Source of the DNA: Eledone cirrhosa
Lineage: Eukaryota
DNA: 64,000 bases
NCBI GenBank assembly: GCA_964016885.1
Contig: OZ024760.1
Location: 23,188,001-23,252,000, forward strand
Reading direction: 5' to 3'
Shown: piece by piece, positions 45,695-58,327 of the stretch
Numbering within the stretch: position 1 is the stretch's first letter
Layout of the letters: every line of letters starts with the position of its first letter
Made by a program: the position numbers and the translations under genes
The notes under the pieces: generated by a model
Database searches by the model: none
What the model saw: only the letters and a program-made list of their open reading frames with translations
What the model was told of the DNA's origin: nothing

Positions 45695-46639
45695 GAGGCG
45701 GATTTTCAGGTCTTTACGAAGGTCCGACTTCTACCCCGACCATAAGCTATGGCACGCCGCCCAGGCTTTGCTCTTCCTCTCAATCACATCATCTTCCGTA
45801 TTCACAATCTTTGCTCCCGAAGCCCCCAAGCAATGCTAGCGGCTTCCAGCCTACATTAGTGATCTCCTCTAGCTTCTCAACATACTCTACCAGATATTTT
45901 GTTTTAGTCTCATTCATTCTCAGACCCTCACTCATCGACACAGTTTCAACCCCCCGCATCAAATCCTCTGCCTCCTTCACTGTATTTGTCACCAAACTAT
46001 GTCGTCGGCAAATTCAGCATCTGATACCTTTTTCGCTTTAACTTTCTTGCTCTGAGCCGGTGCTACAGTAAAGCCAGGGTCCTGGTGTTTCTCCAGTGCA
46101 AGGCGCATACAATAGTCCACTACGATGATAAAAAGGTAGGGAGCCAATGTATCTACCTGGAGCACTCCAGCCAGTATCTCAAAGAACTCTGTCATCCCAT
46201 CAGGTGTAATGACTTCGTAAAGACCTGAAAATCCGCCTCTTCATTGCTGTACAGGTCTGAGACTTGGACACTGACCAAGAAACTCACTCAGATGGTGGAG
46301 GGGTGCTACACGAGAAAGCTGAGGATGGCTCTGAGTATACACTGAGGATGAAAAACTCAGAGCTGTATGGGAGCCTCCCAAAAGTCAGCTAAAAAATAAC
46401 ACAGAGGAGACTGAGGTTAGCTGGACATGCTCACCGACATCCAGAGTTAACATTGCACTCAGTGCTCCTGTGGGAGCCCCTACATGGACACACTGGAAGA
46501 GGAAGACCAAGGTTAACGTATGTTGATGCCCTAAGGACAGTCACTGGTCTGTTGGATACGCAGGACATGGCAACGATAATGAGGGACAAAGACCGCTGGA
46601 GAGAACTCGTCCATGGATCTCGGGAATTTTACCCGCCCT

Positions 46640-46641
<2 letters not shown>
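45691..46641 (+). mobile_element. RTE-type LINE 3' part with 5' inversion (45691-46213 inverted) in (TA)n
   Basis: Minus part encodes GVLQVDTLAPYLFIIVVDY, DAEFADDI and VGLRMNETKTK-like motifs. Plus part encodes LAGHAHRHPEL..GRGRPRLTYVD. Confidence 0.88.
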
Positions 46642-46694
<53 letters not shown>

Positions 46695-46711
46695 TATGCG
46701 TGTGTATATAT

Positions 46712-46895
46712 GCAAAAGGTAAACAGAACTAACAATACACACGTTACAGTATATGGAAGGAATATATTAGATTAAGGCTTGAAGTAGCAGGAAGAGGGTA
46801 TTAACATTTCGGATGCCAATCCTTCATCAGCAGAAAGACTGAAAGTATGGGAGTGCAATTAGAAAAATACTTTTACAGAAAAATTACATATCCAT
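46712..46895 (-). mobile_element. Penelope-like terminus with minimal hammerhead
   Basis: Minus strand reads CTGATGA-AGGAT-TGGC-ATCC-GAAATGTTA; stem I is poorly supported. Confidence 0.55.
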
Positions 46896-46901
46896 TCATG
46901 T

Positions 46902-46942
<41 letters not shown>

Positions 46943-46954
46943 TATAGATATATA

Positions 46955-47430
46955 ACATCCTCAGTGTATACTGATTAATGTTCAGAGCCATCCTCAGCAT
47001 TCTCGTGTAGCACCCATCCACCATCTGAGTGAGTCTCTTGGTCAGTGTCCAAGTCTCAGACCCATACAGCAGCACAGACTCCACTACAGCAATGAAGAGG
47101 CGGATTTTCAGGTCTCTACGATGAAAAAACTCTAGGATGAAAAACTCAGAGCTGTATGGGAGCATCCCAAAAGTCAGCTCAAAAGTGACACAGAGAAGAC
47201 TGAGGTTGGCTGGACATGCTCACCGACATCCAGAGTTGACATTGCACTCAGTGCTCCTTTGGGAGCCCCTACATGGACACACTAGAAGAGGAAGACCAAG
47301 GTTAACATATGTTGATGCCCTAAGGACAGACACTGGTCTGTTGGAGATGCAGGATATGGCAGCGATGATGAGGGACAGAGACCGCTGGAGAGAACTCGTC
47401 CATGGATCTCGGGAATTTTACTCGCCTTAG
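46955..47430 (+). mobile_element. RTE-type LINE 3' end with 5' inversion (46955-47118 inverted)
   Basis: VESVLLYGSETWTLTK..DGCYTRMLR on the minus strand; RLRLAGHAHRHPEL on the plus strand. Confidence 0.88.
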
Positions 47431-47451
47431 ATAGATAGATAGATATATAAT

Positions 47452-47573
47452 ATGTGTTGGTTATTCACCGACACCAAGTATGCAGGTTGGAGCACTCAAC
47501 GAAGTGCGCAAGCTGGTCTGTTTACTCCGGAGTAATGTAATACCAATAAGTGTGTGTCAACAGGCTATGATCA
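47452..47573 (-). mobile_element. Short element 3' end with bulged hairpin
   Basis: Minus strand reads TGATCATA (stem-III-like), then ACTC-CGGAGT..ACTTCG-TT-GAGTGC at 47492-47533. Confidence 0.55.
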
Positions 47574-47636
47574 TATATATATAACAGCGTATATAAATAA
47601 ACGAAACTAATTTTGCCCTGTTGACTTACACTTCTT

Positions 47637-47677
<41 letters not shown>

Positions 47678-47682
<5 letters not shown>

Positions 47683-47885
47683 TGATGTTCGTCAAATCGG
47701 AGCGAGTAAACAATGTTTTCGACGGTCTTTCCAGTTTCTAGTACTATCGATCGGTCGCAACTCCAGGTAGAAGGAGCACCGTGAAATAAAGTGTCTTGCT
47801 CAAGGACATAACGCATCGCCCGGTCCAGGAATCGAACACACAACATCAAGATTTTGAATCCAAATCTCTACCTACTCAGCCACAT
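47678..47885 (-). mobile_element. CORE-type SINE
   Basis: Minus strand reads GTGGCTGAGTAGG..GTTCGATTCC..CCTTGAGCAAGACACTTTATTTCAC. Confidence 0.75.
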
Positions 47886-47964
47886 TAAGATATATATAAA
47901 TATATAGATATATAGATATATTGATATATTGGAGCCTGGACTGGTGTAAATCCTTAAAAGGTTT

Positions 47965-48030
47965 ATTATACTATGATCATTTCAGTGACCGGGTTCAGTA
48001 TGAATCCGCTGACATCATCAGATATTCGAA
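47965..48030 (-). ncRNA. Minimal type-I hammerhead motif (degenerate)
   Basis: Minus strand reads ATAT-CTGATGA..CGGATTCA-TAC-TGAACCCG..GAAA-TGATCA-TA-GTAT. Confidence 0.55.
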
Positions 48031-48499
48031 ATTTAACAAAGGAATATAATAGACAAAATCCATTGACCTTAAAAGCAGAGACATGAGGGCACCGAACCTT
48101 TAGCAGCTTCTAGCCCGGTCAGCCGCACTCAATATATATATAAATGTGTGTGTGTGTGTGTGTGTGTGTGTGTTGGGATTGAACGAATGACTTCTTGGAT
48201 GCGAGGTGAACACTATATCTCACGCTGTAATACATATAACTAGTCGTAAAAGTATATTGTTAAACTTTATTAAAAGTTCTAACACAGAGTCAGGTATTTG
48301 ATAATATAGGTTTACATACCTTAGAAGTTTTAGTTTTATCATATCCTAGATATTACACATATTGATCTAGAAAGTTCTGGAGTTGAACATCCGAGACGGG
48401 AAGTCGTATATTCTATAGCGATGTCATTTACCTGAAGCATATATAGACAAGATATGCCTACAACCTAACGACTGAGGAAGTGTTTTTGTAAAAATAAAG

Positions 48500-48880
48500 A
48501 GAAGTTTTATAAAGTAACTGCAAGGGGTCTCGAAGTATTTAGAAAACATGCAATAATAGACAGACTATTATAATAAAAGAACAACAAAAGGAACATTTAG
48601 TTACTAAATAGAGACTAATGATAGAGAATAAAATGGTTTTCATTTAAGAATAAGTCGCCAAATATATTGTTGAAGTAAGTCAGAAATTCTAAAACTTACT
48701 GAAAAAGAAAAAAAAAACAAAGATGGCGGAGAAATTATTTCGAATGTGAATATCCTGCTTTAATCGGCATACAGGAAGAACCACTACATGAAATCCAGCG
48801 GGGGCTTAAAAGCACTGAACTAGAGACAGAACCGGAAGATTTAATTTTAACTGCGCACTATCAATGCTTAGATAATAAAC
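48500..48880 (+). pseudogene. Very degraded R4/Dong-like LINE fragment
   Basis: LKSTELETEPEDLILTAHYQCL resembles the LKxETEGLIxAAQDQ motif of R4-clade elements. Confidence 0.4.
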
Positions 48881-49014
48881 ATCTTAAAGTATCAACCAGA
48901 AATAAACTATGAGCATGCAGAAGAAACACTGACTGATATAGTTATGTGAAATAACAGCCAAATTCTCTATAAAATGATCCTGGAAATAGCAGTACATATT
49001 GGTGTCTCGTATAA

Positions 49015-49355
49015 AATGTAAAGACCCCGTTTGGTCACGAATGATCATCGGATTTACAGCCAGAAATTTCCTCTCTTGAGCACAAGTCCGGACATGTTTG
49101 TTTGTGGAAGACCAACGCTCATCCATGCACACCAGTCTTCCATCTCCACGCCACTGATGTTGTCCGAGGGGAAAGGCAATGGCCGATACAGCTTGGCACC
49201 AGTGACGTAACAACTCATTTCTACAGTTGAGTAAACTGGAGCAACGTGAAGTAAAGTGTTTTGTTCAAGAACACAACGCACATCCCATTCCTGAGAATCA
49301 AACACACTATCACACGATTACATGCCTGACGCTCTAACCAATAAGCCATACCACT
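49015..49355 (-). mobile_element. CORE-type SINE
   Basis: Minus strand reads GTATGGCTTATTGG..GTTTGATTC..CTTGAACAAAACACTTTACTTCACGTTGCTCCAG. Confidence 0.72.
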
Positions 49356-49482
49356 CTCACGTATATAGAAAGAAGAAATGATTTTGATAGAAGCTCTGCT
49401 CGAGCAGGAATATCCTGGGGCTAAACCATAACAGGCTAATAGACATTAACCACCAGCATCTTAATACATTTATGGAGAGTAT

Positions 49483-49840
49483 TATGATGGTGATGATGGT
49501 GATGGTGATGGTGGTGATAGTGATGATGATGGTGATGATGATGATGGTGGTAATGATGGTGAGGATGATGATGATGATGGTAGTGATGATGGTGATGATG
49601 GTGGTAATGGTGATGATGATGATGATGGAGGTAGTGTTAGTGTTGATGGTAGTGATGGTGGTGGTGAAGATGATGTTGGTAATGATGGTGATGATGATAA
49701 TGTTGGTGGTAATGATGATGATGATGCTGATGATGTTTGTATTGATGATGGTGATGATAATGTTGCTGGTAATGATGGTGATGATGGTGGTAGTGATGTT
49801 GGCAATGACGACCATGATGATGATGATGATGATGATGATG
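49483..49840. repeat. (GAT/GGT)n tract
   Basis: Direct reading of the sequence. Confidence 0.9.
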
Positions 49841-50651
49841 TTTAGAATGATTACCATAACGACGACAATGAAAGCTGCCATGACCGAAATGATGTTACAC
49901 AGGATGATGAAAGGTAGCGCAACGGTTATAAAAGAGTTAGAAAAAATAACAAGAAAAACAAAACAAAAAAAAACAAAAAAACAGAAGAACTAAGAATGAT
50001 AAAAGAGGAAGGTAGAACCTTAGAAATAATTACAAAAATAAACAACTACAACAACAATAGCAGCAACAATAGGAACAGCATCTGCTGCAATGTCAATATA
50101 TGTGCTTCAGCTCAACCAACATCGCAAATAAAAAATACACCATTAAAACAACAACAAATAGTAATATTAAAAATAATGAACCTGTCTGAATCTGAATCCA
50201 AGTAATATCTTGAAACAGACAAACAAACAAAGAGTCAAGCAGAAGCAGGCATAGAAATCCAACGAAATAACAAGTTTAATCTCACAAAGAATTATAATGA
50301 CGCCATCTTTGAATAGGGAAAAAATGCTCAAAAAAATAAGGAAAAAGCTTAAAAGCAAAACGTAGAAGCTTGATACGAAATCTTGCATTAACAATTACAT
50401 ATAAAGTCATACATTTTTCCAACGTATTTACTTAACTTTGCTCATCAAGTATTTTTATATTTTAGTTTTGAGGATCTTTTTTAAGTAAATTTTAGGCATG
50501 TTCTCTGCGTATTTTTTTTCACTGTGGGTTTTAATTTAAGACATTATTTTCTGTATGTAATTACTTTCACTCTGAAGACTAAAGAAAATAATGAACACAC
50601 CTACTTTATACACAAACACATATACACGTACATATAATTATATACACAGAC

Positions 50652-50690
<39 letters not shown>

Positions 50691-50743
50691 GTGTGTGTAT
50701 CTGTCTAACTACCAATTTATCTATAAATCTATCCATATGCATA

Positions 50744-50799
<56 letters not shown>

Positions 50800-50987
50800 T
50801 ATATACACATATGTATATATACTGTGTACTCAAAACACGCGCACATTGTCTCTCTCATATACGTGTATGTATATATACATATATATATGTGTGTGCGTAT
50901 GTATATATGTGTGTATGTGTGTTAGTGTGTATATGTATACTTGTGTGTGTATATGTATATATGTGTGTATATATCTATGTATGTATG

Positions 50988-51035
<48 letters not shown>

Positions 51036-51568
51036 TGTATATATATATGCATGTATATATATTAGGCTAGTGTTTAACTTGAAATGAAGCTAAAGAAAGT
51101 ATTACTTCTAAGGCTGCTTCCTGGTTTTTTTTATTTATTTATATATATCTTATCTGTTATCTGTTGTATCTGTCTGTCTGTCACTTTCTCACGTTTTCCT
51201 TCACTCATTGTTTATTTGTTTAATATATTTCTAATCTTAAAATCTATTATTCTGTCATTCTATTCTCTCACCTATCTCTCTATCTCATTTTCTATCTAAC
51301 GATATCTATATATACACACGCAAGTACGTACTCACGTACAGATACAAGCACGCAAAAAAAACAGGCATATTTTTTTATATATATGTTTATATGTGAATCT
51401 CGCTTTCTCTCTCTCTCTTTCTCCTCTCTCTCTTTCTCCTTCTCTCTCTCTCTTTCTCCTTCTCTCTCTCTCTTTCTCCTTCTCTCTCTCTCTTCTTCTC
51501 TCTCTCTCTTTCTCCTTCTCTCTCTCTCTTTCTCCTTCTGTCTCTCTCTCTCTCTGTATGTATGTATG

Positions 51569-51610
<42 letters not shown>

Positions 51611-51690
51611 TATAATTATGTATAAATATGTATGGTGTATATCTGTATACGTGTATAGGTTGCTGTACAGCCCCCCCCCCCCCCCCCCAT

Positions 51691-51732
<42 letters not shown>

Positions 51733-51913
51733 CAATGATAATAAATGTGAAGAATAAAATCCAAAGAGGGCTCGATAAGGATAAATATATATAAAATATA
51801 TAAGAACCCTAGAGCAAATATTCAGAAGATCCCGTTACGATTGAAAGCAGCGATTCTTTGCTTAAACTTTAATCTGTTATTTTAATAAATAAATAAATAA
51901 ATAAATATATATT

Positions 51914-51944
<31 letters not shown>

Positions 51945-52215
51945 TAAATAACAGGTAAAACTTGAACCGTTACGGTCTCATTCCTGGATATGTCAATATT
52001 TATAAGACAAACTTTGTATTTTATCTGATGAAAACGTACCAAAGTTGTGGTACCCTTGAAATATATATAATAGAATACATATGGTTTTACAAATATAGTG
52101 TCCATTTATTAATATCATTGATATTATACGCCAGAAAACTTGTCGAGTGCTTCGAATCTGTTATAAATATATCTATATTTGTTGTATTACGAACAAATTA
52201 AATATCCCTTTGCTT
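51945..52215 (+). mobile_element. Family B hammerhead element
   Basis: GTATTTTAT-CTGATGA(52025)..GTACC/GGTAC..GAAA-TATATA-TA-ATAGAATAC; TC-GAGTGC at 52143-52150. Confidence 0.78.
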
Positions 52216-52242
52216 ATATATATATATATCTATCTATCTCTC

Positions 52243-52562
52243 TAAGGCGGGTAAAATTCCCGAGATCCATGGACGAGTTCTTTCCAGCGGTCTCTGTCCC
52301 TCATTATCGCTGCCATGTCCTGCATCTCCAACAGACCAGTGTCTGTCCTTAGGGCATCAACATACGTTAACCTTGGTATACACTGAGGATGAAAAACTCA
52401 GAGCTGTATGGGAGCATCCCAAAAGTCAGCTCAAAAGTGACACAGAGGAGAGTGAGGTTGGCTGGACATGCTCACCGACATCCAGAGTTGACATTGCACT
52501 CAGTGCTCCTTTGGGAGCCCCTACATGGACACACTAGAAGAGGAAGACCAAGGTTAACGTAT
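52243..52562 (-). mobile_element. RTE-type LINE 3' end with its 5' portion inverted (52376-52562 on +)
   Basis: 52243-52377 is the reverse complement of the 3' terminus of the copies ending at 46641 and 47430. Confidence 0.88.
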
Positions 52563-53421
52563 ATATATATATATATAAATAAATACAGCATCGGAGAAAG
52601 CTTTTTAGCGATACTCCGGCCAAATTCCAACTCACTCAACAAACATTAGGAAATAAGTGATTATATTCCTAATTAAGCGTTCGGGGTGCTAACTAAAAGT
52701 ATTGCGTGGAAAATTGGCTGTATTATTTCATATGAGACATATCGAATATATCTCTTCCCAGACGGACGTCTCGTTTCATTATAGGATTCCTACAATTTGG
52801 GTTAAATTATATCAATTTATGTAGGAGCTTATATACTCGTATGTGTATATATTCATATATTATATATATTCGGGACCCGACGGCCAAGCTGTTGCCATTT
52901 CACAGCTAGTTCCACACTCTGATATATATAAACACACACGCAGATTATGCTCTTACACACCACACCTCACCACACCACACCACACCGCACCGCACACACA
53001 CGCACACCTACGCGCCCGCGCACACACACATCCCCCTCTCTCTCTAACTATATAAAACTTCGGGCGACCCGTGCATTCCACTTAATACCATAATATGACT
53101 AAGTGTTTTAGGAGCTGATATATTTTCAAGAAGATATAGACACACACTTGATTTTTTCCTCTTTTCATTAATCAGAACATCCCACATGTGGCAGGTGCAA
53201 GAAAAGATAGCTATACCAATATTGGCTTGGTTGATTTCTATCGATCCCTGCGGAGGGAACTCTAGAGTTGTCATTCGCGGGATTTGAATTTAAAACGCCT
53301 ATGTACAACTATTCATTTTCTTAAATTTAAGATTTACTTATTTCAAATTTTAAAAAATACCATTGTTTTTATTCCTTAGTACTCTTAATATTACATGTTA
53401 TGTTAAATGTATAGAATGCTG

Positions 53422-54786
53422 CAGGGGTGTGCAACATATTCCACTGGCGGGCCTCTGTTGAACAGTGGAACAACTATTGAGGCCATTAATATTTATTAAG
53501 CACTATTCCAATAATTCACCACAACTTCTTTCCATAATATGGAACTGGGAAATCATAATACACATAACCCTATCAGTATAGCCCTTTAGTGTAGGTCAAC
53601 TGGGAAATTATAACACACATAACCCTATCAGTGAAGCCCTTTAGTATAGGTCAACTGGGAAATTATAACACACACAACCCTATCAGTGAAGCCCTTTAGT
53701 ATAGGTCAACTGGGAAATTATATCACACACAACCCTATCAGTGAAGCCCTTTAGTATAGGTCAAATGGGAAATTATAACACACACAACCCTATCAGTGAA
53801 GCCCTTTAGTATAGGTCAACTGGAAAATTATAACATACATAACCCTATCAGTGAAGCCCTTTAGTATAGGTCAACTGGGAAATTATAACACACATAACCC
53901 TATCAGTGAAGCCCTTTAGTATAGGTCAACTGGGAAATTATATCACACCTTACCCTATCAGTGAAGCCCTTTAGTATAGGTCAACTGGGAAATTATAACA
54001 TACATAACCCTATCAGTGAAGCCCTTTAGTATAGGTCAACTGGGAAATTATAACATACATAACCCTATCAGTGAAGCCCTTTAGTATAGGTCAACTGGGA
54101 AATTATATCACACCTTACACTATCAGTGAAGCCCTTTAGTATGGGTCAACTGGGAAATTATATCACACCTTACCCTATCAGTGAAGCCCTTTAGTATAGG
54201 TCAACTGGGAAATTATATCACACCTTACCCTCTCAGTGAAGCCCTTTAGTATAGGTCAACTGGGAAATTATAACATACATAACCCTATCAGTGAAGCCCT
54301 TTAGTATAGGTCAACTGGGAAATTATATCACACCTTACCCTATCAGTGAAGCCCTTTAGTATAGGTCAACTGGGAAATTATAACATACATAACCCTATCA
54401 GTGAAGCCCTTTAGTATAGGTCAACTGGGAAATTATATCACACCTTACTCTATCAGTGAAGCCCTTTAGTATAGGTCAACTGGGAAATTATATCACACCT
54501 TACCCTATCAGTGAAGCCCTTTAGTATAGGTCAACTGGGAAATTATATCACACCTTACCCTATCAGTGAAGCCCTTTAGTATAGGTCAACTGGGAAATTA
54601 TATTACACCTTACCCTATCAGTGAAGCCCTTTATTATGGGTCAACTAACAGAAAATTGTATTACGGTTACGAAACAAATTCTAAATAAAACCTACAAGGT
54701 AAAGATTAAAAACGATCAACGTGGTTCAATCTGACAGGTGTGGTGGGCCGGATTGTGGCCCACGGGCCGCCTGCTATACGCCCCTG
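53422..54786. mobile_element. hAT-like MITE (imperfect TIR CAGGGGTGTGCA / TATACGCCCCTG) with an internal tandem array
   Basis: Termini and subterminal GGCGGGCC / GGGCCGCC motifs; homologous to 61883-62202. Confidence 0.7.
53544..54643. repeat. 20 x 55-bp tandem array ACTGGGAAATTATAACACACATAACCCTATCAGTGAAGCCCTTTAGTATAGGTCA
   Basis: 55-bp period over 1100 bp. Confidence 0.96.
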
Positions 54787-54995
54787 CTGTATGGTATTCC
54801 TTCCGGTTCTCTGCTCGCCGAGTTCAAATCCCACCGACGTCAACTTTCCCTTTCATCCTCTAGCGCTCGACAAAAATGTAAGTCTAGTACTGGGATCGAA
54901 TCTTCTATACAATTCTCCCATTTCCCCTCTCCCATTTCCCCTCTCCCATTTCCCCTCTCCCTCCCTCTCCCTCTCTCTATCCCTCCCTCTATCCT

Positions 54996-55117
<122 letters not shown>

Positions 55118-55577
55118 CCACTCTCTCTCTCTCTGCAGTACTCAGGCCCGACGATAGATGGGCTTCAGCAGGCTTAAAATACCCAAGAAGGGCCGTATAT
55201 CAATACAGCGCCACTACAACCCTATCAGGAGTTATGGGACCATACATACATGTGTGTACAACTGTGACACACACACGCACACACAAGTTTCGAACACATA
55301 GGAAACTAACACACATTATCATTGATTCTGTCTTTCCTGCTCCCCATATATAGAAAGAATCTCGCCCCCACTCCAAGGAGACAGCTAAGCATGGGAGTAA
55401 TCAATGCATGGGTAGACGCAATGTGGATGTAAAGATATGTTAAACCCCGGCCGCGTCGTCAGGGGTTTCCGGATTCTGTAGATTCAGCAAGACATTTTAG
55501 GAGTACAGTAATATTTGTAGGGGGCGAAAAATAGGTCATAGCCTTGTTAGTGTTTTCGTTCAGTTTATATTATTAGT

Positions 55578-55740
55578 GAAGGCTTAGTGGTTAGATCATT
55601 GGGCTTACAATCGAAAGATTGTGAGTTCAATTCTCGGAACGGGTGATGTGTTGTATCCTTGAGCAAGACACTTTATTTCACGTTGTTCCATTTTACTCAG
55701 CTGTAGAAATGAGATGATAGGACTGGGGTCCCTATCATTA
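55578..55740 (+). mobile_element. CORE-type SINE 5' part
   Basis: Homologous to 11875-12035. Confidence 0.78.
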
Positions 55741-55877
55741 AATTACCTAAGACACCGCCAACGAGATATACCTTGGGGGAGGCCAGCTAAACCTGCATAG
55801 GTGTGAGCTGTCAGATAAATATCTTACCAGTAAACTCAGTGTGTATGAATGTTTTTATCTTTATAAGTATATATGTA

Positions 55878-56215
55878 AATAATTGTTTCTACTTTAGGCA
55901 CAAGGCCAGCAAATACCACCAGTACATTACTGGTACTTTATTTTATCGACCCAGTAAGGATGAAAGTATATATGTCAATAATTGTTTCTATGTTAGGCAC
56001 AAGGCCAACAATTACCCAGTGCATTACTGGTACTTTATTTTATCGACCCCGTAAGGATGAAAGTGTTTATGTAAATAATTGTTTCTACTTTAGGAACAAG
56101 TCCAGCAAACTACCCAGTGCATTACTGGTACTTTATTTTATCGACCCCGTAAGGATGAAAGGTAAAGTTAACCTCGGCGGGATTTGAACTCAGAATGGCA
56201 AGGGATGTAACTCTA
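55878..56215 (-). mobile_element. Meta-domain SINE with a tandemly triplicated 3' half (~98-bp unit)
   Basis: AATAATTGTTTCTAC..GTAAGGATGAAAG occurs three times. Confidence 0.85.
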
Positions 56216-56249
56216 TAAATAATGTAGCTATATATATATATATATATAA

Positions 56250-56579
56250 TTGGTGGTGGATTTTTATAGTGTCCGTTTGCGGTAGGACGTTTGAGCACTC
56301 GATGCTCTCATAGAGCAGAGTAAGATATCACAAAACAAATGAGAATCAGTGTTGCGACGAATGGAATTTATTGGACATATTACAATCGTTTCTCTGGCGA
56401 CCAGCTTGAGGCAGGATCGATGTGATGATCGAACCTGACTCTGAAAATCGCAAGGTCGTCAAATACATCTTGATTCTACAAAGCAGACTTTCCTTGGGAA
56501 TGTCTGCTTCGCCAGAGAAACGATTGTAATATGTCCAATAAATGCCATTCGTCGCAACACTGATTCTCTGTTTTTTTGT

Positions 56580-56580
<1 letters not shown>
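56250..56580. mobile_element. Foldback element with GAAA-CGATTG-TA half-hammerheads and a bulged hairpin
   Basis: 56341-56400 mirrors 56509-56568. Minus strand reads ACTC-TGCTCT-ATG-AGAGCA-TC-GAGTGC at 56295-56321. Confidence 0.68.
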
Positions 56581-56612
<32 letters not shown>

Positions 56613-56716
56613 TAAAATAACAGATTAAAGTTTAAGCAAAGAATCGCTGCTTTCACCCTTAACGGGATCTTCTTATCGAGCCCTCTTTGGATTTTAGACT
56701 TCTAATTTATTATTAT

Positions 56717-56765
<49 letters not shown>

Positions 56766-56917
56766 ATGATAGTAATAAACGAAATATATATACTTTATAT
56801 CATCTCTATTTATTTCATGATAATATAATAATTGTTTCTACTTTAGCCACAAGGCCAGCAATTAACCAGTGCATTACTGGTACTTTATTTCATCGGCCCC
56901 GTAAGGATGAAAGGCAA

Positions 56918-57012
56918 AATAATACTCCGGATAAATTTATACCGTTGAGTGTTTCGCATCTGTTATATATGAGAATCAGTTGATTACAAATCAACTCTTT
57001 ATGCATTGATTA
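56918..57012 (+). mobile_element. Isolated 3' end of a family B-like element, abutting a SINE fragment (56830-56918, -)
   Basis: ACTC-CGG-ATAAATTTATA-CCG-TT-GAGTG at 56924-56951. Confidence 0.6.
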
Positions 57013-57027
57013 ATATATATATATATA

Positions 57028-57079
<52 letters not shown>

Positions 57080-57282
57080 TGGGTATATATGTGTGACTAT
57101 GTACAGATTCTCCGTCGCCATCTATGCCTGCGAAAAATGTCATTCATCTCAGAGATTATCTTCAAAATGTATTTGAAAATCTGTCTTTATAATTAGAGTT
57201 GTATGTCCTTACTCTCTCTTTCTCTCTCGCATTGACACTTCGCCAGACACAAACACGCACACACACAGACACACACACACAG

Positions 57283-57313
<31 letters not shown>

Positions 57314-57484
57314 CATACACATATTATGAATACGCTTGTGTGAAAGTACATAGAAGGAATCACATATATTATATTTAGAGAAAATAATGAACTTAAAAGA
57401 ATAGTAAAGAATAGTCCCGAGTAGATATAATTTTATATGTATGCATGTATGTAGGTATATATATATATAGAGAGAGATGGATAT

Positions 57485-57541
<57 letters not shown>

Positions 57542-57966
57542 TATATATATATGTGTGTGTGTGTATATGACGTTAATAATATTAAAAACATTAATAAAAG
57601 TTCTAATAATACCGATATTAAAAACAACAACACGAATAGTTAGAAACACCAGCTGTGAAAATAATCTTATTCAATTTATAAGAATCTAATTGGATTTGTA
57701 GAGGAAGTGTATTCTGTGGCTTCTTTCTCGTTGTCTTTGTTTAATTTTTGTGCGTGTTTTTGTTGTTGTTTTATGACACGTTATTCTCTTTGTAAATTTG
57801 TCTTTGGTTAAGCACTGTTTGTTTTAAGACACATGCACACACACACGCGCACACACGCACACATATATATACACACACATATACACACACACGCATACAC
57901 ACACACAGACATACACACACATACACACACATGCACACACATACACACACACATATACACACACAC

Positions 57967-58008
<42 letters not shown>

Positions 58009-58081
58009 GATTGCATACACTGTATAAATAAATATACAGAAACACGCCTTTAGGTATAGACACACAGGCACTCACGTATGC

Positions 58082-58128
<47 letters not shown>

Positions 58129-58133
<5 letters not shown>

Positions 58134-58254
58134 AAGTATGACCCCGACGGCAGAGTTCAACCCGTTTGGACGGGGTATTTCTGGACTGTATTGAGTATTG
58201 AGCACTCGTGTGCGTTATGGTCCATCTGGTTCCTTACCACAATTCTTTTGTTAC
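58129..58254. mobile_element. Diverged family C element with inverted 5' part
   Basis: ACCCCGACGGCAGAGTTCAACCCGTTTGGACGG..CTGG, then TGCGTTATGGTCCATCTGGTTCCTTACCAC. Confidence 0.7.
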
Positions 58255-58327
58255 ATATATATATATAGATGTGTGTGTATGTGTACATACATATATATGT
58301 GTATGTATATGTATTTGTATATATGTA

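Noticed and set aside
53044-53274. 76-aa non-repetitive ORF
   Set aside because: No recognisable motif or splice context; the length is compatible with chance.
53565-53571. Telomere-like TAACCCT in the 55-bp unit
   Set aside because: A single occurrence per unit, lost in many units; not a telomeric tract.
53544-54643. CRISPR-like look (constant repeat with a variable patch)
   Set aside because: The variable patch is only a few related variants, not unique spacers. There are no cas genes and the context is a eukaryotic MITE.
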